Assembly: GCA_963825865.1 (NCBI GenBank)
Contig: CAWGVG010000022.1
Span: 32,001 to 96,000 of the forward strand
Origin: an uncultured Nitrososphaeraceae archaeon
GTDB lineage: Archaea > Thermoproteota > Nitrososphaeria > Nitrososphaerales > Nitrososphaeraceae
Length of the DNA stretch: 64,000 bases
Direction of reading: 5' to 3'
Below, in pieces: positions 35,272 through 46,881 of this stretch; the first letter of the stretch is position 1, and every line of letters starts with the position of its first letter. The position numbers were made by a program, and so were the translations under genes. The notes under the pieces were generated by a model. It worked only from the letters and a program-made list of their open reading frames with translations. It ran no database searches and was not told the DNA's origin.

Positions 35272-35514
35272 ATGATTTATGAGTGTCAAGGAGGTCATAT
35301 AAGTTTCAGCAAGGATGACCTGAATACATGTGGAATGAGAGGATGTAATAAATCAACTGTCATAATAAGTCCAATCGATATCAAATGGTTTTATAAAATT
35401 AGCGAAAAAGGACTATCTATTGATAAAAAAGATCTTCATAAGATAATTGAAGATCCAAATATGCCAAGAGATGTTAAAAAAGAAATAATAAAGATTTTCC
35501 CACATTTGTCATAA
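35272..35514 (+). CDS. Small Cys/His-containing hypothetical protein
   Basis: C-x3-H...C-x4-C at the N-terminus. Confidence 0.6.
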   Translation: MIYECQGGHISFSKDDLNTCGMRGCNKSTVIISPIDIKWFYKISEKGLSIDKKDLHKIIEDPNMPRDVKKEIIKIFPHLS

Positions 35515-36466
35515 TGGCGTATGGATTTTTGGTAAAGTGTATCTTACATTCACTCCAGGAATTGTCCACGTATATTGTTCTTGTAATTTTTTGCTACTAT
35601 ATCTGTGCTATTATATCTAATTCCTTATTTTATAGCTCTATATGAATTGATTAAGGACTTTAAAAAGGCATGGCTATAGCAAGAGAGAAGTGAATTCAAA
35701 TTAGTCATGAATTCAGAATTCTCAACTTAAGGCTTGCCTATCGTGTTTTATAATAAGTATTTTATGATATATGAGTACAAAAAACTGCCTTTGCTATTTG
35801 TTAAGTCATTGTGCCAAGACTCTTTTTGCAGACATTACAAAATTGCTTTTCCTTAATATCTATATCAAATATTGAATTACTAAAGTGCATCACACATCTT
35901 ATATCTTTACAGTGATTCAAGCCAAAGACACACACAGCAAGGAGAAAACAGAATAAAAGATGTAGCAACGAAGATTGGCTTTTCTCACTTCAAAAGAGTG
36001 CTTGAGACACCACTAAACATAGTTTATGAGGCCAAACCATAGTTAGATTATGGATAGAATGTAATAAAAAGAGGAAAAATAATTCCTCTTCTTTATTTTT
36101 TTACATTCTTTTTTTTATTCAATAGCCTTTAAAGAAAGCAAAAGATTATGCTAGATTCAGGGGTAAAATGATAGAATAGCAAACATAGATAGAAATGAAA
36201 TTCCATATGTATTGCATTTCATAAAACAAGCATATGAAAAAGGCTAAAAGAGCCTAATCTCTATCCCGTATCCTTTAACCTCTAAAAAACTTGGTTTGCT
36301 GTTATTGCCGTCGTTATTTCGCCAGTTTTCTGTTCTTGTTTTTCTTCAGTTACTTTATCAGACTTTTCATCTTTATTGTAATCAGGCTCCTTAGATTCCT
36401 TGTTGTTGTTACTTAACTAGGTATCTTTTTAATAATAGGACAAGTAACAGAATATGAGAAACTACC

Positions 36467-37427
36467 TTGAAGATGGGTATTGTTTTACCTATAGCAGGAG
36501 AGCAGGCTACAAGAGAAAATATAATTCAAATAGCAAAACAAGCTGAGAAAGAGGAGTTTGATTCTTTATGGGTTTGGGAAAGACTTGTGGTGCCATTAAA
36601 GTCACAAACACAATATCCATTAACTCCTGATGGATATGTAGGTATGGCCTTCCAACTGAGTTTCACAATGCTTTTAATAACTTGGAGACACTTAGTTTTG
36701 TAGCTGCAAATACAGAAAAGATTGCATTAGGGACATGTGTTATAGATATGCTATTCCATACTCCTGTAATATTAGCAAGAAGATTTGCAACGCTTGATAT
36801 TCTTTCGCGAGGAAGAGCTATATGTGGACTTGGCATTGGGTGGTTAAAAGATGAATATCAAGTTTCCAATATACCGTTTAAAGAAGAGGTAAAAGAGCAG
36901 ACGAAGATATTCAAGTGTTAAAAAAGATAATGACAGACGATGTTGTAGAATTTAAGGGGGAATTTTATAACATACCTGCTTCTAAAATAGGACCTAAGCC
37001 ACTTCAGAAGCCACATCCTCCTATTTACATGGGAGCATTTAGTCCAAAAGCATTTAGAAGAATTGTAAATTATTCAGATGGGTGGATAGGTATGGTTGTT
37101 GAAACTCTTGAAAATTTTGAGAATACAATGAATACGATAAAGGATATGGCTGTTAAAGAAGCAAACAAAGATGCGAATAGATTCAAAATAGTTCTTTTGA
37201 CATATCCAAAGGTGGAGGAGGATTCAAGTTCATCTAAAAAAGAAGAAGAAGGTCAAAGGCCTGCTCCATTGACTGGCACCATAGATCAAATAGGTGGTGA
37301 TCTCAAAAGAATTAAGGATATGGGAGTAGAACATATCATATTCGGCTATGATTTTTTGCCCATAGCTAGAGATGATATCAGCAATATGATTGGTATTACA
37401 AAACAGCTTTCTAAATTTTGTAGGTAA
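36467..37427 (+). CDS. F420-dependent LLM-class oxidoreductase; two frameshifts
   Basis: FDSLWVWER, LSFVAANTEKIALGT, LARRFATLDILSRGR, PKPLQKPHPPI. Confidence 0.88.
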
Positions 37428-37475
37428 AGTACAGAAACTATAAAAATAAGAAAAATGAATTTTTCGTTATTACCC

Positions 37476-37815
37476 TCATTGTTTCCAATTAGCTACCAAC
37501 TCATTAAGCTGCATATCCGATTGAGCAATATCCAAACCATGTCCTTTCTTCAGATGTTCACGAAACTTTACAGCCCATGGTTCACTGGACGTAGCTAATA
37601 CTTTAAATGAATGTTCAGGATCGTCTGTCTCATAACTGGCAACTGCGAAATCTCCCTGTGGCAAATGTTGGACCCAAACCTGTTCACGTGATATTCCTGC
37701 TCGCCTTGAAAACTGCATCATGCTCTTTATTGTTAACGATATTTTCATCATTCCATTTTCTCATTAGTTCTAATCCTCCAGGAAGTATAGGAACCGTAAA
37801 ACAATAATTGGCCAT
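37476..37815 (-). CDS. Small hypothetical protein, frameshifted
   Basis: MANYCFTVPILPGG joins GISREQVWVQHLPQGDFAV. Confidence 0.6.
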
Positions 37816-37949
37816 ATTTTATTGAATATTGTCGTGTATTTAAACAAATATCTTCCAGAAAAATTAACTTTGAGAACTTTTTCAAAAAACCTGATTTGTT
37901 GTTATAGTTATAACTATGCCAAACGAGCTTGTACCCCATCCTGGATCTA

Positions 37950-38220
37950 ATCCCATCACTCCTTGAATAAGAGGAGGATTTGTTGCTACATAGTCAAGAT
38001 AATATTCTATAATGTCATACTCGTTTGCAATTGCAGCATCTATATCAGCAGGATCGAATACATTGCCAATACCTCCCAGATACTTTAGGTTGTATTCCCG
38101 CCCAAAAATTGTTACAAAGGAAAAGGGCGGTATCTGATCGTCTATGCATATGCTTACCCTATTATCTCGCTGAATATTGTTTGCTTTGACTGATGTGTCA
38201 CCAGTGGTAAAAATGATATC
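37950..38220 (-). pseudogene. PPOX-class F420-dependent enzyme relic
   Basis: IIFTTGDTSVKANNIQRDNRVSICIDDQIPPFSFV; 5' end missing. Confidence 0.7.
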
Positions 38221-38283
38221 CCCTACCTTACCTCAAATTAAAAATGGTAGCTGCTCCTGTATTGGAGGCATCCACCAATTGAA

Positions 38284-38839
38284 TTATTCAGTATTCTTTG
38301 ACCCCTGCATTATTTCGTAAAGGAACCATTTGCGACGCTCTGTCTTGTCCAAAATGTCCTGGAGCAGGTTGCTAGTAGGAGAGTCTCGGTTCTCATCGCA
38401 TACATTTATTGCATCGCGTATCATCTTCGCTATATGGCCGTTGTCTTCCATCAAGATCCGAATCATTTCTCCAGGAAGTACCAAGCTTGCTGTTGTCATC
38501 TTCTATGGTTTGGAGCTGACCTATGTGACTTATACTTCGTATTGTTATACCGCCTACTCTTCGCACACGTTCTGCCATTATGTCGATTGACTCCAGTATT
38601 GCTTCTGCGTGCTCATCGAACAGTTCGTGATAGTCTCTGAAATGTGAACCATAGAGATGCCAGTGGAAGTTCTTTGTCTTGACATAAAGCGCAAAAGCAT
38701 CTCCAATAAGTGGATTGACTGCATTAGTTATAGCTTTAGTCTCCTGTTGAGAAAGATCAGTCTTTGTAGCAAGTTGAGTAGGTACAGGATGCGATTCAAT
38801 TTTGGTTTTTGTTGATTGCATTTCTTTGTACTCCTTCAA
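38284..38839 (-). CDS. dps: Dps/ferritin-like DNA protection protein; frameshift ~38490
   Basis: LYVKTKNFHWH, HELFDE, D.MAER, TERRKWFL. Confidence 0.9.
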
Positions 38840-39149
38840 AACCTCACTGGGTTAGGTGTCTATTGCTTAATACACTTTCTACCATCTAGCCAAACTTTTG
38901 TCAGATATCTGTTCTAATGATAATACACCATAGTAAATCTCTAAAAAGGTCATGAATTTCTTTCTCACCTAATGCTACCGAAATAGACTTCATCTTTAGA
39001 TAAAGTTTTGTTCTAGCTGCTGGAACTGCTTTTTTACACTCTCTGCCGCTTCTTCTAATTTGCGCATTTCAGTATCCATTTGGACTCTTCTATCTCTTAC
39101 CAGTCTGTCTACAGCTTCCCTTGTATACCTTAGCCTGTAGATTTTGGGC

Positions 39150-39354
39150 CTCACATTCTGACTTCAACAACTTTTTCCTTTCCTATTTCTTTCATCAAAG
39201 ACTTCCTTTTGCTGCTGACAAACCGTTGAGTGCTGCCTGGAAATCCAGCATAGACTGCCATTTGTATTATAACTTCAATAACTTCTGTCCACGAGCAGCC
39301 GACATTAAGTGCTCCATTAATGTGCACCTTCAATTGTGGTAACGCATTGCCCAT
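39150..39354 (-). pseudogene. Carboxymuconolactone decarboxylase-family C-terminal fragment
   Basis: PQLKVHINGALNVGC..EVIEVIIQMAVYAGFP. Confidence 0.75.
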
Positions 39355-39590
39355 TGCTTAATTTCAAAAGGAGATCTAAAAATGACTACTAAACGAAAAC
39401 CTATTCTCAAGAATCAGATATGATTGTGGCTGCAGTTACTTTTTGAAAATGCTACAGAGGAATGGAACTGTAAGTTCAATAGATGAACGTGGATCCCACT
39501 TTGGGATATGCCAAAAACACCACGATAAGTTATGGGATGATATGGTAAAGTATGGTTATGCATTTGGTGAAAGGCGAGCAGACAGTAGAC

Positions 39591-39652
39591 GCAAGAAAGT
39601 GTAACCTATGTAGGTAATCTAAAGTGTAATCTATCACTGAAAAGGTACAACA
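39591..39652 (+). mobile_element. Orphan right end of an IS481-like element
   Basis: gcaagaaagtgtaacctatgtaggtaat is identical to the sequence from 48113; both copies end in gtacaaca. Confidence 0.7.
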
Positions 39653-39735
39653 CTTTAGTCCTGAGGGATTTGAGCTTTGCTGGTAGAAACGTTTCACCTA
39701 CTTTATGTTCGAGCTGAAGAAAGAGCTCAAAGACT

Positions 39736-40971
39736 TTATTTGATAATGTATTGTCTACCTTTCCAGTTAACAGCATTTTTCTTAGTAGCATCAAGAATTG
39801 ACGATACGAATGCAAAAAAGATGATCACACCAGCTAAAGGAGAACCTAGAGTATACAACATGTTTTGAAAAAGGGCGTACTTTGATTGTATGGCACACGT
39901 AGAAAATAAGAGAGCAATGGTTGCCATATCAATTAATAGCAAAAAGTCGTTTACAGAGACAGAATAACTATCAATGAAGAAAAGAGTAGTATTAAACAAC
40001 AAAAATGGTAACAGAATAAAAGGCAGCAATAACAGAAGGAATGAAGAAATAGTCATCAACAAAGCACTAGTTCTTTCCCTTTGATATAGTGGAATCATTA
40101 ATCTACGAAGCCCATCTAACAGAGTATTAAGATCTCTTGCCCATATTGCTTCGACATATCTTTCTCCACGAACTACTTTCAATTTGAATTTCTCTTCTTT
40201 TACTTTTCTTCCTAAGGCACCATCTTCTACGATTTCGGATTTTACTGCTTTATGAGTACCAACTGCTTCATAGGTTTTTCTAGTTATTATAAAAAAACTT
40301 CCAAAGAGATATCCTGTCTTACTTTTTGGATTATTTGCACGTAATGCCGAATACTTTGCATATGAAAGAGTCCAAAGTAGGGGCAATGTTATCTTCATCA
40401 AAATATCCTCTTCTGATAATATCCTGGGTATTGCAGTAAGAGCATCAAGATTTTGTTTTATCAAGTATGTTACTGCTAAAGACATTGTAGAGCTTGAATG
40501 TACTGTATCTGCATCTGTGAACAGGAATATCTCTCCTGTTGAGTTTAGGTAGCCTTGATAACACGCCCAATTCTTTCCAATCCAACCTTCTTCTTGTTTA
40601 GATTCTGCATTAATTGCTACCACTTTAGAATTTAAGATATGATACCTTTGAATTATTTCATCTGTTCCATCAGATGAGGAATCGTTAATAGCAACTATTT
40701 CAAAATTAGGATAGCTTTGATTGAGTAAACTATCAAGACATTTTGCAATATATTTTTCTTCGTTTCGCGCAGGAAGAATTACACTTACTTTGGGAAATTC
40801 ATCCCTAATAATAGCATCTTGTTGTTGATTTATAGATTCTAATTTTGGCAATCGTTTGAAAGATATTATCGTATAAATTAGGAGGTACAACCATGCAGAG
40901 AAAATAGCAAACATTAATACACTTAATATAATGATAACTAAAGTTCCTAAATCGTAAGCATACGCATTCAT
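39736..40971 (-). CDS. GT2-family membrane glycosyltransferase
   Basis: VSVILPARNEE, DSSSDGT, GWIGKNWAC, FTDAD, IVED. Confidence 0.9.
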   Translation of the reverse strand: MNAYAYDLGTLVIIILSVLMFAIFSAWLYLLIYTIISFKRLPKLESINQQQDAIIRDEFPKVSVILPARNEEKYIAKCLDSLLNQSYPNFEIVAINDSSSDGTDEIIQRYHILNSKVVAINAESKQEEGWIGKNWACYQGYLNSTGEIFLFTDADTVHSSSTMSLAVTYLIKQNLDALTAIPRILSEEDILMKITLPLLWTLSYAKYSALRANNPKSKTGYLFGSFFIITRKTYEAVGTHKAVKSEIVEDGALGRKVKEEKFKLKVVRGERYVEAIWARDLNTLLDGLRRLMIPLYQRERTSALLMTISSFLLLLLPFILLPFLLFNTTLFFIDSYSVSVNDFLLLIDMATIALLFSTCAIQSKYALFQNMLYTLGSPLAGVIIFFAFVSSILDATKKNAVNWKGRQYIIK

Positions 40972-41025
40972 TTCGTAAAAGGGTTACACTGGTCGTATAT
41001 AAATAAGGAGAGCAGAGAGCAGATA

Positions 41026-41470
41026 GGCTTTGTAGAAACCATCGATTATTATAGTAAGATTAGTTAATCTGTCGGTATTGTAGGCAATACATCTAAATGA
41101 TAATTCCCTGTTTTGTGTTCTCACTAGTCTTAAAGTAACATATTCTCCAAACAGTCTCTTTATGACAGATATTATCGTTTCATCCTTGTTAGGTTGATTG
41201 TATAATAATTTGGTATACTCTCGCTTCATCTGCTTTCTATATCTACCACGCGTCCTCCATATCGGAACATGCGCATATCTAGGAGGAATAACGCAGTATG
41301 CTTTTAGATCCTCTCTCACTAAAATATGATTCTCTTCACTGTCATAACCTTTGTCAGCTACTGCTACAGATAGTGGCTTGATTTCTGATGTTCTTGTTAT
41401 AATTGATTTAAAATCTATATTGTCATGTTTTGTAGGAGCTCTCCTTATCTTGATAGTACTTGCCATCGAA
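41026..41470 (-). mobile_element. IS5-family transposase, 3' part only
   Basis: VADKGYDSE, Y.Q.NKDET..SVIKRLFG; probable end ggtttctacaaagcc at ~41026. Confidence 0.8.
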
Positions 41471-41636
41471 AGAAGCAGAAGGCTCTTCCGTCCACATTTT
41501 GCGTATGATTTGTATTGCCTCTTCCAGCCTGAGCAATCTCTCTTGGTTAGATGGATAACTTTTATTCGACAGGCACGATATTGTCGGCAGCTCATAGTTT
41601 TAGAACAATTATTAGGAATAATGCCTATATTTAACT

Positions 41637-42056
41637 ATGAGTCAAGGAAGCAATAATAAAGTAACCGATCCTTCTGTTCGAAAAATCTTCGAAGGTAAGA
41701 ACTTTGTTTTTATATCGTCAATTATGAGAGACGGCTCTCCTCAGGTTACACCAACATGGGTAGATATTGAAAATGGCAATATTCTTGTTAATACCGCAAT
41801 AGGTAGAATAAAACATAAGAACATTTCGCGAGATCCTCGAGTAGCGCTGGCAATAGCTGACCAAAATAATCCATATGATATGGTTACTGTAAGAGGAAGA
41901 ACAATAGAGCAAGTAACTGGAGATGCCGCTGAAGAACACATAGATAAGATGGCAAAAAAGTATATTGGTAAAGATAAATATCCTTTTAGGTCACCAGGAG
42001 AAAAGAGAGTCATATTAAAGATAAAGCCTGAAAAGGTATTTCATATGAAGCAGTAA
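41637..42056 (+). CDS. PPOX-class F420-dependent oxidoreductase
   Basis: DGSPQVTPTW, KHKNISRDPRVAL, YDMVTVRG. Confidence 0.9.
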   Translation: MSQGSNNKVTDPSVRKIFEGKNFVFISSIMRDGSPQVTPTWVDIENGNILVNTAIGRIKHKNISRDPRVALAIADQNNPYDMVTVRGRTIEQVTGDAAEEHIDKMAKKYIGKDKYPFRSPGEKRVILKIKPEKVFHMKQ

Positions 42057-42124
42057 GCAGTAACAATAAAGATTAATTTATTTAGAAGATCAGTAGAACG
42101 AAAGATGTTTTCTTCTCATTAAGA

Positions 42125-43314
42125 ATGAATTTGAAAGTAAAGAAGAAAAACAACCAGAACAATATAAAATTTGGTTGTTACATATACCAAGATGGTTTAA
42201 GATATAAAGATGTATTACGTATTACATTAGAATGCGAAAGATTAGGATATGATTCAATATGGTTAAAGGATAACTTTATTCCTTGGATTCAGGATTATCT
42301 GATATCGCGATTAAATAATAACAATAATAACGTCAAAGGTAGAAGCCTTTCAAAGCATCAATATCCACAACATCAACTTAATCAACTGCAGCAATATCAA
42401 GAACCACATGAAAGAAGGGTAATGCTTGAATGTTGGACTGTGCTCTCTTCACTTGTAGCCTTAACTAGAAAAATAAAACTTGGCGCGATATTAGTCAATC
42501 CATATCGTAACCCCGCAATTGTAGCAAAAATGGCTACTACTTTAGATAACATAAGTAATGGAAGATTGGAACTTGGACTAAGTGCTGGTTGGTATCAAAA
42601 AGAAGCAAAAGCATACGGAGTGGCATTTCCATCAGGTTCTACTAGAGTTGAGATGTTAAAAGAAAGCATTATAATAATAAGGAAAATGTTGCACTCCAGT
42701 AACAACAATAAAAACAATAATAATGCCAAACTTTCTTTTAAAGGAAAATATTACAATATATCAAATGCAGAATGCAATCCAAAACCAATCCAAAAACCAT
42801 ATTTACCGATCTGGATTGGCGGAGGAGGAAAAAAGACTCTTGATATAGTAGCAAAATATGCCGATGGTTGGAATTATGGGCTTTGCTCTTTTGAGGAGTA
42901 TTTACAGAAAACATCTTTTCTAAAGCATTATTACAATATTGATAATAATAATAATAAAATAATAAAGTGACCGTCAGAAATTATAAAGATATAATCAGAG
43001 GGTGGCATGGTATTTTACTTCTGGGTAAAGATGAAGAGGAATTGAAGAAAAGAAAAAACAAATTATTAGATAAAAAAGGAAAATGGAAAGGTTCGAATCT
43101 TATTATAAGTGGAACACCTAATACAATATTAAATGAAATAACCAGATACTTGAATATCGGTGTAACATATTTTACGATATACTTTCCAGATTTACCAGAT
43201 ACAAGGTCTTTACAATTATTTGCAGAGCATATTATTCCTAATGTTAGGAGTCTTGACATGCGGTTTTGCTCTAAACTGATGATGGTGGCTAACCTTGGAA
43301 TAATATTGGCTTAG
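42125..43314 (+). CDS. LLM-class flavin/F420 oxidoreductase, split at an Asn-rich tract
   Basis: GYDSIW, YRNPAIVAKMATTLD..SNGRLELG..AGW, PKPIQKP..PIWIGGGG. Confidence 0.85.
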
Positions 43315-43555
43315 TAAAATACAAGATAATTAGATATGTGTATAACTAACTCCTATGTTAGTTTGTTTCAACGAATCTTCGATGTGTTATATGGAGCATC
43401 AGTTTAATCTTGTCGGTTTCTACAAATGTATCTTTTTAGATATCATTGTATATATGCACAATCGTTTCAATCCTTTATCTCAGTCAGTATCTAACATAGC
43501 TCCATTAACAGCGACCAGTCTAGCTGTTGGCCAGTTCGTAAGCCCCATTGTTTTA

Positions 43556-43830
43556 CTATGAACAGGGACTCTTCGAAGCGTCTATCTTTTTGGATTCACC
43601 ATATATTTCGTAGTAAACCAATTCATGAATCGGCAGACGGTTCTTTCTCTTACCTTTCAACCTACTTGCAGGATATCCAAAGCCTATTATGACAGAAGGA
43701 CTCAGCTGGTTTGGAATTGCAAAGTCCTTTCTAAGTTTTTCTTCCCTTATTCCTGTAAACAGGCCTGACCCTATGCCATGATTCCAAGCGGCCAGTTGCA
43801 TATTTTGTAGCACCCTTCCTGCATCAATTA
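43556..43830 (-). pseudogene. Nitroreductase C-terminal fragment
   Basis: IDAGRVLQNMQLAAWNHGIGS, IGFGYP, KNRLP. Confidence 0.75.
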
Positions 43831-43984
43831 AATGAAAAGTTTCCATGTATGTATACATACATATGTTATTCCGATACAAGCATCGGTCCCTGTCAGTTAC
43901 GCCATCATACTTACACCATTTAAGTAATTCAATTGACAGTTCCTCAAGTTTCATTGTCGAGTTCGAGTTTATCTGTTCGGCTGA

Positions 43985-44066
43985 TCTGATTGCAAGAGTT
44001 GAGGACGAGCTTGTCGCCGGCAAACTGGACAGCGAATTCCCGCTCTATGTTTGGCAGACCGGCTGG
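43985..44066 (+). pseudogene. Sliver of a class II fumarase gene
   Basis: LIARVEDELVAGKLDSEFPLYVWQTG resembles FumC GKLD.HFPL.VWQTGSG; locally GC-rich. Confidence 0.6.
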
Positions 44067-44150
44067 AGTTGATATGTGGTAACAGATAGATAATGAAGAT
44101 CCAAATATGCGAGATCTGTTTTATAATGTAGAGGACATAAAAAACAGCAT

Positions 44151-45053
44151 ATGGCTACTACTACTGATGAAGTAATGCAACACGAATTTGTAAACGTTAA
44201 TGGAATTAGAATGCATTATGTAACAATGGGAAACGGTCCATTAATCGTGTTTTTGCATGGATTCCCTGAGTTTTGGTATTCCTGGAGACACCAAATTCCT
44301 TTCTTTTCAAAGCACTTTAAAGTAGTTGTACCGGATATGCGTGGATATGGTGAAACTGAAAGACCTACGAAAATAGATGAATATAGAATAGAAAAGCTAG
44401 TTACAGATATTGTAGAACTAATTCATTCTCTAGGACAAGAAACGGCAACAATAGTAGGGCACGATTGGGGAGGTGCAATAGCTTGGTCTATTGCAATGAT
44501 GGCATCTGGAATAGTAGAAAAGTTAATTATTATGGATGCGCCTCACCCTGCAGTATTTCAAAAGAATGCATTTAGAAACTATGAGCAAATGCAAAAGAGT
44601 TGGTACATGTTCTTCTTTCTTTTACAAAATGTGCCTGAGAGTATGCTAAGCCGCAATAATTTTGAATTGCTCAAATATGTATTTGAAATATCAATAAAAA
44701 GAAAAGAGAAGTTTACTCAGAAGGATGTCGAAGGCTATGTCTCTTCTTGGAGCAAGGAAGGAGGGATAACTGGAGGAATAAATTACTATAGATCTAACCT
44801 AAATGCAGAATTTTGGGGAAGTCTTGATCAAAGCATTCCATTTCCAAAGATAAAATCTCCTACATTGCAAATATGGGGAGAAGAAGATATATTTTTAGGA
44901 AAGGAGCTAACAGAAGGAACAAATGAATTTGTTGATGCACCATTCTCATTGAAGATTATACATAACTGCGGTCATTGGATACAGCAAGAAGCACCAGAAG
45001 AGGTCAATCAGATTATAGATGAATTTCTTGATTATAATTTAAATAAAAATTAG
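44151..45053 (+). CDS. Alpha/beta hydrolase (epoxide hydrolase-like)
   Basis: HGFPE, PDMRGYG, GHDWG, SWY, INYYR, GHW. Confidence 0.92.
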   Translation: MATTTDEVMQHEFVNVNGIRMHYVTMGNGPLIVFLHGFPEFWYSWRHQIPFFSKHFKVVVPDMRGYGETERPTKIDEYRIEKLVTDIVELIHSLGQETATIVGHDWGGAIAWSIAMMASGIVEKLIIMDAPHPAVFQKNAFRNYEQMQKSWYMFFFLLQNVPESMLSRNNFELLKYVFEISIKRKEKFTQKDVEGYVSSWSKEGGITGGINYYRSNLNAEFWGSLDQSIPFPKIKSPTLQIWGEEDIFLGKELTEGTNEFVDAPFSLKIIHNCGHWIQQEAPEEVNQIIDEFLDYNLNKN

Positions 45054-45069
45054 CGTAAATATCTGCATC

Positions 45070-45352
45070 ATACTTAAGTTACAAAAAGAGCGGGTTTGAA
45101 GTTGACGCTTTCACTGATCCCGCGAAAGCATTAGCAAATTTTAAAGATGGTATTTATGACCTGTTGCTTCTCGATGTTAAAATGCCAAAGATGAAGGGAT
45201 TTGAACTATGTCAACGCATCAATAAGATAGACAATAAAATAAAGGTCTGTTTTATGTCAGCATTTGAATCATATGCTGAAGAATTTGAAACGGCATTTCC
45301 CAACCAAAGTGAAAACTGTTTCACAGGTGGTGTTTTGTCCTTATTATTATAA
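45070..45352 (+). pseudogene. Receiver-domain fragment
   Basis: GFEVDAFTDP..AL, LLDVKMPKMKGFEL; N-terminal acidic pair and C-terminal KP are absent. Confidence 0.65.
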
Positions 45353-45640
45353 GGATAATCGCTCTACCAAGAATTCTGCAGATCTCTTCAAAGCTTTTAC
45401 AATGTTGCTATACTTAGTAAAGATTGTCAGAAGGAGTATGAAAAATGCATGGTTGGATTAAATGCAATTACAAGGGAAGCATGGAATACAGAAGATAAAG
45501 ACTGCTATAGGAAAAGGAACGTTTGAGATCGGCCATAGACAGCATAGCAACAGATCGAAACATATCAGCAGCAGTTTTTACAAATCAAAAATATGTTTGA
45601 CTACCAATAAAATAAACGGTTTCAGTTAGAAGAATTAAGA

Positions 45641-46240
45641 ATGGTGGTTTCTGTGGGGGACATGAATGATCTTAGTACTAAGACTTCAGAAGGTTATTAT
45701 TATAATGAATCTAAAATGATACTCGGTTCCTTTGACCCAAAATACTATGATGAAATTATAACAAAACTAAATCTTCAGACAAGAGAAGAATATGAACGTG
45801 CTTCGCAATACCCGCAGAAACAAAACCAACAAGAACTGCATAGTCAAAAAAAGAGGAGGAGGAGAATACTTCTAGTTGATGATGAGCCTGACATCTGTAT
45901 AGTTTACCAAATAGTGTTACAAGATGCAGGCTATGAATGTAAATCATATACCGATTCAGTCAAAGCTCTACAAGAATTCAGAGTTAATTATTATGATTTG
46001 ATTCTACTTGATATCAAAATGCCTGTACTAAATGGATTTGAGCTATGTAAAAAGATAAGGGAAGTTGATAGGACTGTACATATCATTTTTATAACAGCTT
46101 CAGAGGCATATTATGAGAAGTTTAGAGGTCAGCACTTTTTGGAGCTAGGTAAGATTAACCATATTCAAAAGCCAATTGGAAATGAAGAGCTAGTACAGAT
46201 AGTAAATATGATAATAGCGAATTCAATAACTATAGACTAA
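45641..46240 (+). CDS. Response regulator receiver protein with N-terminal extension
   Basis: ILLVDDEPD, LLDIKMP, FITA, KP. Confidence 0.88.
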   Translation: MVVSVGDMNDLSTKTSEGYYYNESKMILGSFDPKYYDEIITKLNLQTREEYERASQYPQKQNQQELHSQKKRRRRILLVDDEPDICIVYQIVLQDAGYECKSYTDSVKALQEFRVNYYDLILLDIKMPVLNGFELCKKIREVDRTVHIIFITASEAYYEKFRGQHFLELGKINHIQKPIGNEELVQIVNMIIANSITID

Positions 46241-46290
46241 ATTTAAACACATACTTGGTTGGCAGCATCTATTATTGACTATAGGACATT

Positions 46291-46482
46291 TTAGTAACAC
46301 ATAGTACAAATGAATCCTTTGAGTTTCTCTCTCATGTTTACCATATCCTTTTTTGTCTTACCATGCTTTTTGATATCATGCTCTGCAGCGCTTCTTATAA
46401 CTTCTTCTTCAGTCTCTCCTGTCACAATATAATCACAGTAGTCGTAGCACCCAACTTCACGACATGACAATAACTTTTTCAT
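46291..46482 (-). CDS. DUF1059-like small metal-binding protein
   Basis: CREVG...C...GETEEEV...H...HG. Confidence 0.75.
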   Translation of the reverse strand: MKKLLSCREVGCYDYCDYIVTGETEEEVIRSAAEHDIKKHGKTKKDMVNMREKLKGFICTMCY

Positions 46483-46881
46483 ACTTCGTATATAGCATCT
46501 AAGAATAAGTTACTATTATAGTCAAGTAAAGCTTAGTTATGATTTATACAAATGGTTTATGATTGATTAATTGATTAAACAATGGATATTAGATATTAGA
46601 GCTATCCTAAAAATGCTGGAAACTCATCCTACTTATTTTACATTTCCTAATTTGTCAGAAAATACATTGACGAAAGGCTGCCCGAAGAATATGAGAAATG
46701 TCTTGTTGGTTTGACAGCAATATTAAGAGAGGCATGTAATGCTCCACAGCAGTCAGATGAAAAGAGAGAAAAAATACAAGCTTTATCGCGCGCGATTGTC
46801 TAATAAATGAATGAATCTAAAACCAAAAATTGTAATTATTGTTTTTTGATTTTGTTATCTGAAAGGTTTGAAGTAAAATAA

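Noticed and set aside
42300-42965. Asn/Gln-rich tracts as special elements (also 9240, 25840, 60240)
   Set aside because: Low-complexity microsatellite expansions seen throughout the window's proteins.
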